A stretch of 64,000 bases of DNA from positions 64,926,464 to 64,990,463 of the forward strand of contig NC_043011.1 in assembly GCF_006345805.1 (NCBI RefSeq), read 5' to 3'. Below are positions 14,100 to 27,279 of this stretch, one piece after another. Each line of letters opens with the position of its first letter. Positions within the stretch are counted from its first letter, which is position 1. The notes below the pieces were generated by a model, which made no database searches, was not told the origin of the DNA, and saw only the letters and a list, made by a program, of their open reading frames with translations. Source of the DNA: Octopus sinensis (taxonomy: Eukaryota). The position numbers and the translations under genes are program-made.

Positions 14100-14150
14100 A
14101 GCTTCTACAGGACTTGAACTGTTTCATTCAAAATAAATCATCAGGAAGCT
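14100..14150 (-). ncRNA. Type-I hammerhead ribozyme
   Basis: AGCTTC-CTGATGA-TTTATTTTGAAT-GAAA-CAGTTCAAGTCCTG-TA-GAAGCT. Confidence 0.8.
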
Positions 14151-14781
14151 AGGTGACAAGAGTAGTTTTGGCATTTATACATTTAGGCACGTTTAAAGGG
14201 GTGGTGGTGGGGGACTTTTTGGGGTAGGCATCGGTGGTAAAGTAGATAAAAGAATAAATAAAAGAATAAAAGAATAAATAGAAAAATAGAGTCTTAGGTA
14301 AATAAGGAGACTCTCACTTATACATATACATATATATATACATACATATACATATATATATATATATATGTATATATGTATATATATATGCACACACATG
14401 TATATATACACATACACACACACATAAACCCATGTATGCATATACATACATACATATACACACATATATACATACATAGACATATACATATATATACATA
14501 CACATACATACACATACACACATACACCCATATACACATGTACATATGTACCCATATACATGTATCTACGTACACGCCCATAACCATACTCATACATACA
14601 CTTATATATGTCTACACACATATATATATAAAAGGGGACATACACCCCCATACACACACGCGCTCCCATATCCATATATGTATATATATATACATACCCA
14701 TATATATACACATACATCCATATACATATATATATATATACATACATACACATACATACCTATACACACACATATAATATA

Positions 14782-14815
<34 letters not shown>

Positions 14816-15199
14816 CACACACGCACATATATATATATACACACACACACATACATATGCATATACATGCACACTCATACACACACATTTATTCCCTTAA
14901 TTTAATTTTATCTTTACATTTGTATTTATTTTTATTTTTATCTTGACCTCGGTCAGCTAGCCCCGGACTGAAGTGATGTCGTCCCAAGGGATAGTCTAAA
15001 GAGTCCATGTATTGCCCTACTCACTTCCTTTCTAACTTTCTACTCACTGATTCGAACACAAACACTCACACACGCTCACACACTCACACGTACACTCATA
15101 TACATACACACACGCACGTGTTATAGTCATACATACATACATCTATATACATGCACGTATATACACATACGTACACGTACCTACAAATTCATATCTACA

Positions 15200-15891
15200 C
15201 GCATACACATACATACATCTATACACCCACAGAAGACTAGTCCATACATATACACAAATAAATATATATACATATACATATACACATATATACACATACA
15301 TACACATACAAATATATATACATATCCATATATATATACACACATACATACACGTACGCGCATACCTAGATATACATACACACATATATACTTACACCAG
15401 TCATATACATACCTACATACCCATACATCCATATATCTATGCATATACATACACGTATATATACACAAGCACATGCTAATACACACGCACACACATCTAT
15501 CTACATATATAAAAAAGAAACCCAACAAGTCCATACATGTACACACATACACATACATACATGCATATACATATATATACCCATACACATATACATATAC
15601 ATGCACATACACACATATATACACACATGTATATATATATATATATACACATATATATACATACACACATGCATAAACATACACACACACGCGCATCTAT
15701 ATATACACATAAGTACATACATGCATATTCAAATAATAAATAATAAATATGTATACATGCAGTTACTCATTATACAGACGGATACATACATATAAACATA
15801 GACATATATACCTATTTACACATATGTATATATACATACATACATACACACATAACTCTACGTACCTACATATACATAAACACACAAGTGT

Positions 15892-15948
<57 letters not shown>

Positions 15949-16607
15949 CATATATACACACACACATACACGTACGCGCATACCTACATATACATACACA
16001 CATATATACTTACACCAGTCATATACATACCTACATACACATACATCCATATATCTATGCATATACATACACGTATATATACACAAGCACATACTAATAC
16101 ACACGCGCACACATCTATCTACATATATAAAAAAGAAACCAAACAAGTCCATACATGTACACACAAACACATACATACATGCATATACATATATATACCC
16201 ATACACATATACACATACATACACTTACACATATATATACACACATGTATATATATACATATATACACATACACATACACACACACGCGCGCATCTATGT
16301 ATACACATAAGTACATACATGCATAAAGGTATACATATGTTTATACATATGCATACACACACACGCGCGCCTCCTTATACATACATGCATACAGACATAT
16401 ACATATATACATACATGCATACTCAAATAATAAATAATACATGTATATACACAGTTCATTACGAACGAAACATACATATAAACATACACATATACCTATT
16501 TACACCTATGTATATACATACATGCATACACATACACATAACTCTACATACCTACATATACATAAACACACAAGCGTACACACATATATATATATATATA
16601 TACACAT

Positions 16608-16620
<13 letters not shown>
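15200..16620. repeat. ~2.3 tandem copies of a 620-690-bp degenerate CA/TA unit
   Basis: Anchors ATAAAAAAGAAACC(C/A)AACAAGTCC at ~15510 and ~16127; TCAAATAATAAATAATA at ~15730 and ~16423. Confidence 0.8.
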
Positions 16621-16644
<24 letters not shown>

Positions 16645-17117
16645 GATATATATTATATATACACATATATATCCACACGGATACACATACACATACATAT
16701 GCACGCACGTAAATACACGCACTCACATACATGCATATATTCCTACTAACACCCATACATTTCTATACATATATATAATACATATATACAAGTGTACACA
16801 TACAATATGTGAATACTCTTAGGAGAAAAGGTAATGGGGGGGTGCTGGGGGAACGGTGGGGGGGGGGGTTTGTGGTTGGGGTGTCGTCAATCGGGTTGCC
16901 GGGTTGGTCTGTAGTTTTTGTAGTTTGCATAAATTTTATGCATGCAATTTGGGGAGTGTTCCGAGATCTTGTTGAGGAGAGGGCCTTTGGCGAACAAGAT
17001 CTCCAGGCTCCCAGAAATGCAAAGGTCACAGCAGGTATGGCCTCCTGTGTACGAACGCGCCCTCTGTAGTAGTCTCGTAGGCATGTATGTGTATTGTATA
17101 TATATGGGTATGTATAT

Positions 17118-17169
<52 letters not shown>

Positions 17170-17172
<3 letters not shown>

Positions 17173-17500
17173 GTTATCGCCATACTAATATGGCATTCTT
17201 ATAAAAATAAGAAAAAAGCTGTCCCCTTTATTAGCTCCATGAGGCCATCGCCTTAAGTTAGCTATTTGATACACAAACTGTATCCATATAACCTTCGAAC
17301 AAGGGAGGTCAGTCGCTCCACACTACTTGACCGGCAGCTACAGACGCGTTTCGGGGTATTGCCCCTTTTCAATGCAGCGTAGCCAGCCAGTAGGTGTCGC
17401 TTCCGACAATCTCTGTTCGATGGTTTTATTTACCTAGTTTCGGTGGAATACATCCACTTGTTTTCAATAATAGAAATATTAAAATAACTAAGTCTCTCTA
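17170..17500 (-). mobile_element. Second Penelope-like pLTR fragment
   Basis: Contains a hammerhead motif; lies between TA repeat and the inverted pLTR. Confidence 0.55.
17337..17378 (-). ncRNA. Minimal hammerhead ribozyme with U3-A8 core variant
   Basis: GCTGCA-TTGAAAA-GGGGCAATACCCC-GAAA-CGCG-TC-TGTAGC. Confidence 0.7.
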
Positions 17501-17515
17501 AAAGAGAACAGCGGC

Positions 17516-17799
17516 ATATGGGAGCGCGTGTGTGTATGGGGGTGTATATCCCCTTTTATATATATATATATATGTGTAGACATATATAAGTGTATGTATG
17601 AGTATGGGTATGGGCGTGTACGTAGATACATGTATATGGGTACATATGTACATGTGTATATGGGTGTATGTGTGTATGTGTACGTATGTGTATGTGTATA
17701 TATGTATATGTCTATGTATGTATATATGTGTGTATATGTATGTTGTATATGTATACATGGGTGTATGTGTGTGTGTATGTGTATATGTACGTGTTTGTG

Positions 17800-17842
<43 letters not shown>

Positions 17843-18138
17843 GTATGTACATATATATGTATAAGTGAGAGTCTCCTTATTTACCTAAAACTCTATTTTT
17901 CTATTTATTCTTTTATTCTTTTATTTATTCTTTTATCTAATTTACCACCGATTCCTTTGACCACTCCCCTAAGAATGATAGTTTGCGCCATGCCTACCAC
18001 AAAAAGACCCCCACCACCACCCCTTTAAACCTGCCTAAATGTATAAATGCCAAAACTACTCTTGTCACCTAGCTTCCTGATGATTTCTTTTGAATGAAAC
18101 AGTTCTAGTCCAGTAGAAGCTCCTTCTATAAAATAAAT
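17516..18138 (+). mobile_element. Inverted copy of the pLTR at 14083-14671
   Basis: Reverse complement of 14083-14671 with one ~35-bp indel. Confidence 0.9.
18071..18121 (+). ncRNA. Type-I hammerhead ribozyme (copy of 14100-14150)
   Basis: AGCTTC-CTGATGA-TTTCTTTTGAAT-GAAA-CAGTTCTAGTCCAG-TA-GAAGCT; one stem III mismatch. Confidence 0.72.
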
Positions 18139-18139
18139 A

Positions 18140-18176
<37 letters not shown>

Positions 18177-18238
18177 AATTAGATATATATATATATATTT
18201 ATATATATGTATATTAATATATCGTGTGTTGAAACAGA

Positions 18239-18992
18239 TATTGTTATATTTCGGAATGGTCATTTTGCCAGTTTAGCCAATAAAAACACACGCACTATAT
18301 ATTTGGTGTTATTTTGCTTCAGTGTTATTTATTTTTTACATTAATCTTAATTTTATTTCGGCCAGAGTTCTTTCGTCAAACTCCTTTGACCGCATCAGTG
18401 GTCCTTTGTTTTCTTCTTTCTTATTTGTGTCTCTCCTTACTAACCGTCAGCCATTTTGTATTTCTATTGTATATCTTCATTTGCGCATACTTATATCTCT
18501 ATGTGCGTTTATGTTTATTTAGTGTGTGTATGTGGGGGATGCCTGTAATATTTGTATCTTCTGTTTATATACGTTCATGTAATTTGTGTTTTGCTGTTGT
18601 TGTTTTTGTTTATTCTTATTTTGTTCATGTGTTTACATCCACTTATTATTATCATTACATATGCTTGTATGTATGTATAACAACAATACTAGTCATAATA
18701 ATAATAAATCGAAAAAACCCAAAAAAACAAATAGAAATAAATAACTTTTTTTTGAAGACATACAATAGAAATACAAAATGCTGACGGGTAGTAAGGAGAA
18801 ACACAAATACGAATGAAGAAAACAAAGGACCACTGATGCGGTCACAGGAGTGTGACGAAAGAACTCTGGCCGAAATAAGATTAAGATTAATGTAAAAAAT
18901 AAATAATACTGAAGCAAAGTAACACCAAATATATAGTGTGTGTGATTTTATTGGCTAAACTGGCAAAATGAGCATTCCGAAATATAACAATA
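18239..18992. mobile_element. Inverted pair of ~240-bp PLE-type termini, each with a hammerhead-like motif (18360-18404 minus, 18827-18871 plus)
   Basis: 18239-18479 is the reverse complement of 18753-18992; motif CCA-CTGATGCG-GTCA(C/A)AGGAGT(G/T)TGAC-GAAA-GAAC-TC-TGG. Confidence 0.75.
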
Positions 18993-19022
18993 TATATGTA
19001 TAATTTTATATATATGTATATA

Positions 19023-19075
<53 letters not shown>

Positions 19076-19832
19076 ATATATATATGATATGTATATATAT
19101 ATACATATATGTATATGTATATACCTATTATTGTGCGCGCGTGTGTGTGTCTGTGTGCGCATATGCTTCTGTGCGCGGTTTGTGTGTCTTTTTAACAATG
19201 TATTAGAAGTGTTTACTTCTCTACAATGATGTGTTTCGATCTATTTCTAAGACTGTGGATCTTCAATTTAATTACAACTTAAGGATAATATGAGTCAACC
19301 CTGAACTCTCCAAGACCTCCGCACAATCTCCATTTATACAGTCATAACGAAATGACCTTTTTCTGAGATTTCGAATCAAAACTCTGTACAGAACTACCAA
19401 TACCATTCCCTTCATTCACACATTTTAGTCGCTCGATTTGGTTTTGGTTCCATGCATCATAGCTGCATTATGGGAGGCATTTTATTAGAATTCTCTTTAA
19501 TACAATAATAAAACGAGGTGAATGAAGCGAAGGTATTCGATCGCTTATCTTCTACATTGAGGTTATCTGTGCAAGCATTGTCTCTGCTTGGGACTATGCA
19601 ACAGATTGTAAACCCATCATAATAGATCTCACTTATTTGTTATGACGTGGTCTTTTTATATTGGTACTTTATCTTTCTATTACATTTTTCCGCGCGCACA
19701 CACACACACTTATATATACAGACACACAAGTGTATGTGTGTGTGTCTGTCTGTGTGTGTGTCTGTGTGTGTGTGTCTGGCTGTGTATTTATGATAATATT
19801 TACGAGTGCACATGCGTGGGCTTGAATTTATG

Positions 19833-19858
19833 CATTGGCTCCATAAATTATGATGCCA
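19833..19858 (+). promoter_or_regulatory. Candidate promoter module upstream of cluster gene 1
   Basis: CATTGGCT then 10 nt then TGATGCCA; paralogous to 2143-2168. Confidence 0.5.
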
Positions 19859-19955
19859 GAAAAGCTAACGTATTCATTTATGTTGCGTTAAAAATTATGT
19901 GTATGTGAATATTCGAGAGTTTATAGTCAGTGCTGGTCAGAGTTTAGACCAAAAA

Positions 19956-20008
19956 ATGAAATTCACAATGAAAACTGCAATATGCATTTGTGTAGTCGTT
20001 CTTTGTAG
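19956..20008 (+). CDS. Cluster gene 1 exon 1, signal peptide MKFTMKTAICICVVVLC
   Basis: ATG at 19956 or 19968, phase-2 donor AG|GTAACA; homolog of 2283-2323. Confidence 0.72.
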
Positions 20009-21458
20009 GTAACAATTTTAAACATTTATTTTTTTTCCACAAAACAAATCTATCTAAAATTATGAAATTATTTACTGCAACTAATATCGTATTTCCTCTT
20101 CAGAGTCTGAACCTTGGGCAAACACACACACAGACACAGACACATACACAAACTAACTTATACATACACGCAGAAATGAAAATACCTATACACATATTAT
20201 CTCTTTACCTCTCTACACACATGTAAGTTTTTGCTTCTGTGTGAGTGTCTTTGTGCGTGTATGTGCGTGGATGTCAATTTATGTATGTATGTAACATAAA
20301 CGTCAAGCTTTTAGAAACTTACGAATTTATTATCAACATTTTAAAATGATTTAGACGTTGATCACACACACATTATTTATTTAAGTGTCACAATACATGT
20401 ACTAAAGAGCTACTAATAATTTCATACGTTGAGAAAACTCAAACATATTCTTCAGGCGCAAACCACATAACGAACAAAAAAATCTGAATAATAGAAGGAA
20501 GGTGAAAAAAAATGAGAAGCCAGCATATAGAAAACGCAGGTAGTAAACAACGGAATACGAAATTCAGAAAGTAAAATTTAAAAATTAAAATTCAAAAAGG
20601 TAGACCTTAGATGAAAAAGCTTAAAAGATATCGAGTTAGTCAGGAATAGGCGGAGTTTTCCAATTCTTCAAACTATATTTCTACATATGCATGCAATCAA
20701 TCATGGAAAATTTCTAACCTGGAGTTCAATAGAGTGTTAGGAATCTGCACTCTTTAGCCAAAGATTATATTTATTGGATCCATTCAGATAAGGTATGGAT
20801 TTCTCAATTACTCTCCAGTTAATCATATGCGACATATCTTTGGCTTTCAGAGACCATATGGAGCGAAGCCAAATTTGTAGATTCGTTTAAGTAAGAAGGA
20901 GGCTAAGTGAATTGCATAGCGATTTTTAACTTCATCTTTCACATAATCCGATGCAGGTCGTCTTATCAGTTCTATTATTATTTAACGTTGCAGTTACTAC
21001 TACCTAATATATAATAAATTTAATCACACGTCGTTGGTCAAGTGGACATGATCCTGGTTCGTGATAGTTGCAACTGGATTCAGATTCTTGCTATTGACCA
21101 AGTGTGATGATACTATTCATCTTCGGGAAGCAGCTACATGATAACTTCACAGAACGCTTATTAAATATTTTCCTGAATCTGTGACTGGAAATTGTTTGTC
21201 AAGGAAAAGAAAGAATCTTTTGCCGATGTTAACTTTTTATATGAATGGAAAAGTTAGGCGCGAACCCAAAAATGGTAAAATATTAGTGTTTCTGATATTC
21301 CTTTTGTGTTTTCTGGTTTACGTTGTTTACCGTCTGCCTTTTCAGCTTCTTCATATTTCTTGTATTATTCCATTTCTTTAGTTCGTTATGATATGTGGTT
21401 TGCGTTAATAAAGAATTAGCCAACATTCTGATTGTCTCAGGTTTTGCACTATGCATAC

Positions 21459-21577
<119 letters not shown>

Positions 21578-21595
21578 ATATATATACATACGTAC

Positions 21596-21633
<38 letters not shown>

Positions 21634-22384
21634 ATGTATGTATACGTATATATATATGTATAAAAGCAGCATATAGAAAACGCAGACACCGTCTGTGTTG
21701 GATAGAGGAAAATATTAAAAGATAAGCATGATGATTCAGAAATCAAGTCTAATGAAACTGAAGCAAAAATATTGGAACTAGTAGAACAACCAAATACGAC
21801 TGTACAAAGAACTGTACGTCGAAAAATCCAGTATATATATGTAAGGTTGCCTCAGAGAAGAGTGAGCCAGAATGATAATTTATACCAAAGAATGTCGTGG
21901 GGATTTCCGACATAGCACAAACATTAACTAGATTCTGTTAGTTTTGACGAGGATGTTTCAAAAACAAAACTAATAGAACAGTATACTCTTAAATATTATG
22001 TTTTACATACATTTTAACGTTAGTCTTTCGCGCAATCGAATTACTCATTTACACCACAAATATTGCATGAGGTAGTTCCACCACGTTGAAAATGAAACTC
22101 TACACTTACCCGGTCATCTTGAATATTTGATGTGAATAATCTTCGTAAAAATCTACACATAGCAATTTGTAGTCTCGTATCGAACGTTGTTCATCAAATA
22201 TCATCAATATCTGCCTATCTTTACAAGCCTTTGTATGTTTGCTACCTACTAGCTCTACGAAGATATTTTTGAATCACAATACCCCTCCGCCATTTTTAGA
22301 GCGTGCTTCTTTTTCTGACATATGTTATATTCACAATCAATTATTGTATAAGTGTGTGTGTGTGTGTTTTGTGAATAAACATTC

Positions 22385-22621
22385 TTTTATTCTTTTAATT
22401 GTTTCAGTAATTTCACTGCGACCATGCTGGAGTACCGATTTTAGTCGAGCAAATCGAGCCCAGGACTTATTCTTTGTAAGCCTACTACTTATTCTATCGG
22501 GCTCTTTTGCCGAACCGCTAAGTCACGGGGACATAAACAAACCAGCATTGTTTGTGAAGCGATTTTGGCGGGACAAACACAGACAACCATTTTCATACAC
22601 ACACACACACACACACATATA

Positions 22622-22666
<45 letters not shown>

Positions 22667-22830
22667 TAGAGGCGCTTCCTTCAGCTTGCGTCTGCCAAAT
22701 CCACTCACAAGGCTTGGTCGTCCCGAGGCTATAGTAGAAGACACTTGCCCAAGGTGCCACGCAATAGGACTGAAACCAGAACCATGTGGCTGGTAATCAC
22801 GCTACCTATCACACAGACACTGCAGCCTAT
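22385..22830 (-). mobile_element. Full-length tRNA-headed SINE (abundant family with internal CA/TA repeat)
   Basis: Same head and tail as copies at 30130 and 42040. Confidence 0.85.
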
Positions 22831-23164
22831 CGATAGAAACTAGTGTAGGGAAACATATAACCTGTGATTAACTTTTCTGAAATAAATAAGTTTGAAAATA
22901 TTAATGTTGATTACATCGACTGCAAATATAACAGTAAAACATTTAGTTCCTTGAAGAACTATAACATCGATATTTTCAAATACTTATAACACAAGAATAT
23001 TCCCTTACTTATAATATAATTCCAACTGTTGTAGCAATATTTATCTATTCATTATTCATTGAAATATTGCAGAGACGCCTATTTATACACAGGAATAATT
23101 CCACAATAATTTACTAGTTTCAATTTATGTAACATTTCTTCAAAGATACCCAATTTTGTAAGAG

Positions 23165-23299
23165 CATTGGGGACTTATATCAAACTTTAATATCTGCAGG
23201 TGTTGCAGCTGATAACAAGTGCATAAAACTGGGCGAGAAGTTCTGTGTAAAGGCCATGTCGACGTATCCTAAAAGGTTTCCTGATAGGAACTACTGCAA
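23165..23299 (+). CDS. Cluster gene 1 exon A1: (IGDLYQTLISA)GVAADNKCIKLGEKFCVKAMSTYPKRFPDRNYC
   Basis: C-x7-C-x16-C; donor TGCAA|GTACAT as at 28962; acceptor uncertain (phase 2 at 23165 or phase 1 at 23200). Confidence 0.78.
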
Positions 23300-24834
23300 G
23301 TACATAACATTTGTTTAATTAATTTTTTGTTGAAAGGAATCCTAAGTTGATCTGCAGTCATCATTTCGGGGTTGATGAAGTAATATTCCATTTGAGCACA
23401 GAGGTCGTTATAATTAACTAACCGTTCTTTTAAAAATACAAGACCTGCTACAAAAAATTAGAATTGTTATCACATTTCATAAATAGGGCAGGAAAGGAGT
23501 CGGTGAGTTGGCTACATAATTACCACGCCGGGCATAACGTTGAGCGTCATTTCGTTCGCCTTCATGTTCCGATTTCAAATTCGACGGATGTGGATGTCGA
23601 TTGTCATCCTTTCGTGGTCAATAAAAAATTACCATATGAGCGCTGCAATCAAATGTCACGAAATGTATGGCCTTGTGCCAATATCTGAATTCGTTATATA
23701 AAACAGGATGGCTCGTTAGCATACGAGAAGAAATATTTATCGGCATTTCTTTGGGATTTATATTATGAATTCATGTTTCACCGAGGTCGAATTTGCATCT
23801 CCCGCTTCCAGACTCTATATAATGAGGAACAGCCAAGAACGTGAGTGAATGTAAGTGAGTTACGTCCCCTTCCAAAAGTGTAGGAATTGTGCCAACATGA
23901 GAAGCGTGAAGGGGCTTAGTTCGCAGAATCTTCAATGAATTGGGTATACTGCATTTCAATATTTTCTGCCGCATTTTAGGTCTTAGTTTCAAATTCCAAC
24001 TAGAATCGATAGAGCTGGTTTCGTTACTTTCAATTTTGCTTCATTAAATACAATCTTTATTGCGAAGATGTATTGTCAGGGATTTGGCAATAGTCGGGTA
24101 ATAATCATTCAATATATTGTGATCCCAAAACATTTTCAGCAAATATAAAATTGATCTGACAATGACGGACACAACAGAATACATTCGTTTGCTTTGCTGT
24201 TGCCACTACATATTTAGATGACTTCTAATATAAATTAGTTTACGCACACACAAACACACACACGTATGTATATCAAGAGGTATAAAAAAATGATTATCTC
24301 TGTATGAAGATATTTAAGCTACAGTCATTACAGATCTTAAAATCTTCGTCTCCAATCCTCGATAGTGGATGCTAGCACAAAAAAAATATATATGTAAAAA
24401 CTTACTGATACTCTAATCCTGCATAACGGACTCACTGTTTATTTCGTTTTGTTGTATCGTATATTTCGTTCTAGCATTTCAAACTCTGTACCAGCTAATT
24501 GTACCTTTTTATATTCAATGTTCAAATATGAATTAATAAAACGAAACACAAAAGATTTTTTAATGTGCCTTGACTGAGTTCTTTAAAAGAAAGAATTTCT
24601 TTTTTCCATTCCATGATTTACCTACCTTGGATGTAATATTTGAAATTGAATATTTATTAATACATATGTACACACACATACACATACGCACACACACACA
24701 CATCCAACACACAAATACACACTCACACACACACACACATATATATGTGTGTGTGCATACATATGTATATACATATACGTAACTATATATGTTTATATAT
24801 ATGTAAGTATATACATGTGTGTATATACATATAT

Positions 24835-25000
24835 GTATCGACCTTTGTCTTTCCCTTGGATAACACTGGTGGCGTGGAGAGGGGAGGCTGGTATGCATGG
24901 GCGACTGCTGGCCTTCCATAAACAACCTTGCCCGGACTTGTATCTAGGAAGGTAACTTTCTAGGTGCAATCCCATGGTCATTCATGACCGAAGGGGGTCT
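24835..25000 (+). mobile_element. 3' fragment of a SINE/LINE-tail repeat
   Basis: GC-richer block GGTATGCATGGGCGACTGCTGG...GGGGGTCTT resembling a recurrent octopus repeat, ending in a TA repeat. Confidence 0.5.
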
Positions 25001-25005
25001 TTACC

Positions 25006-25052
<47 letters not shown>

Positions 25053-25814
25053 TCTACACACACACACGAGGACGCATGCACACATAAATATATATGCTTA
25101 TATTGTATCTATGTACCTATACCTCTCTCTGTCTCTCTGTATCTTTGTATGTATATATATATATTAGAAGAAATGAGGTAATCAGAAGATCGGATGGTTC
25201 ATATTTATATATATTTATTTATATATTACATGTTTTACATATATATCTCATATCATTCAGATAATATCATTCAGATTATTAGCGCTTTCTCCCATTCTAG
25301 TGGGGTTTTCAAATCAAATTAATTCATTTATGGGGAATTTAGTCATTTTATAGAGTTTCGTAGATGTGGGGAGGAACAAGACAGTACAAGAGGGTGAAGT
25401 GGATGAGGAGGAAGTGAGAGAGAGAACATGTGTGTATGTGTATGTGTGTGTGTGTGTCTGTGTGTCCGTGTGTGTTTGTGTGCGTTTGTGTGTGTGTCTG
25501 TGTGTTTGGAGAAGGGGAGAGAGACAAAAAGAGAAAAGGGAAAATAAATATAAAAATAAAAATAAGGGAGGAAATGGAGAAAAAAATATATAGGCAGAGA
25601 GAGCAATAGAAGGATAGATAGATACAATAAATACATATAATAAATATATATGTGTATGCGTCCGCTTGTATGTGCGCGCGCGAGAAATTCCCCTAAATAT
25701 GGCAGACAAATTTCACATCTGCACTGTTTCATGTCATCCTATATAAATGATATTATAACGCTAGCTTTCAAGATAACTTTTTAATATATCTGCGATTGTA
25801 TTTCTGTATTTCAG

Positions 25815-25900
25815 CCGTGTGGGATTATTTGAGTCATGCTTTACACGGGTAGACCATTGCCATCCTATTTTTGCACACATTTACGGAGTGGAATGCAAAT
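25815..25900 (+). CDS. Cluster gene 1 exon B1 (two compensating 1-nt indels as assembled): RVGLFESCFTRVDHCHPIFAHIYGVECK when corrected
   Basis: TTTCAG acceptor, T|GTAAGC donor, 86 nt like B2; extra T in TATTTTGAG and missing C in TG(C)CAT give an internal TGA. Confidence 0.72.
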
Positions 25901-26113
25901 GTAAGCAATTTCAAATATTTATAATTTGTAACACTTATAAGAAACAAATATTATATTCCCAAGTCCTATTTTGAGTATAAAATTGTCCAAAAATCATTTA
26001 CTTTTACATACATGAGAGTTAAGACGAGATTTTAGGCAAATGTGCCCTTGACTAATGCAAGTGATTATCATTATTATTTTGTTGTTGTTGTTGTTTTTAT
26101 CCTCATTATTATA

Positions 26114-26149
<36 letters not shown>

Positions 26150-26207
26150 TTTTTTTTTTTATTATTATTATTGTTGTTGTTGTTGTTATTATTATTATTT
26201 TTTTTTT

Positions 26208-26903
26208 CTTCTTTCAAATTTTCTTCCATTTCTTGCCGAGTGTCTTCCCGACTCCTAGGGCAAAGAAACTCATAGTGTATATTGGTAGGCAATTAAACCA
26301 AACTCAGTAGTTCGTTCATTTTTTTTTTTTTTTAAAGTTAAATTAAAATACATGAGCAGCAACAGTTCTCACATCGACAATGCTCTTCTCAATACGTGTG
26401 ATGTACCAGTTAAGACAATCTTTTGCACTTCATGCAGGGATGGTAAGCCAGGGATCATTCTCATAAAATTTTCGGTTCCCTTCTTGATCATTCCTAGTGC
26501 TCCTACGATCACTGGTATTGTAACCGCCTTGAGATGCCACATTTTCTCAATTTCAATGAGTAGGTCTTTATATTTTCTGAGCTTGTCAAACTCTTTCGCT
26601 GAGATATTATGATCACAGGGGATGCTCATGTCGATCAATAAGCAAACTTTATTGTTTTGGTCTTTCACAACAATATCTGGTTTATTGGCCTTGATGGTTC
26701 GGTCTGTATGTACTGGAAAGTCCCACAGAATGGTTACATTTTCTCATTCAGTTACAGCCTCAGTGTGGTGATTATACCACTTGTCGGCAGTTTTGATATT
26801 GTAATGCCGACTTATTAGCCAGTGGAGATATTGGCCAACTCTGTCATGTCTTAATTTATACTCCACTGGTGCTAAGACTTTACATCCAGAGATTAGGTGG
26901 TCC
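26208..26903 (-). mobile_element. R4/Dong LINE family gamma, 5'-truncated copy 1
   Basis: RLE C-terminus KPDIVVKD..LIDMSIP..VIVGALG..LRRALSM, 3' UTR, (TAA)n tail, (TTA)n at 5' junction. Confidence 0.92.
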
Positions 26904-26947
<44 letters not shown>

Positions 26948-26964
26948 TATTATTATTATTATTA

Positions 26965-27012
<48 letters not shown>

Positions 27013-27093
27013 CTTCATTATTATTATTATTATATTTATTATTATTTTTTTATATTTTTATTGTTGTTGTTGTTGTTATTATTATTATTATTA

Positions 27094-27139
<46 letters not shown>

Positions 27140-27166
27140 CTGCATTATTATTATTATTATATTTAA

Positions 27167-27197
<31 letters not shown>

Positions 27198-27226
27198 TCT
27201 TATTATTATTATTGTTGTTGTTGTTG

Positions 27227-27272
<46 letters not shown>

Positions 27273-27279
27273 ATGGTAT

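Larger units (their letters stand above)
14030..17090 (-). mobile_element. Penelope-like retroelement 3' portion (GIY-YIG C-terminus, long low-complexity 3' UTR, pLTR)
   Basis: 16930-17084 encodes RARSYTGGHTCCDLCISGSLEILFAKGPLLNKISEHSPNCMHK, matching the PLE C-terminal CxxC..LLNKxSE..CxH motif; hammerhead at 14100-14150; inverted copy of terminus at 17516-18138. Confidence 0.8.

Noticed and set aside
21181-21381. Hydrophobic ORF resembling a signal peptide
   Set aside because: T-rich composition, weak donor, and the true paralogous exon 1 is at 19956
21933-21978. 14-bp hairpin with TTGACGA inside
   Set aside because: No GAAA or stem III, so not a credible hammerhead
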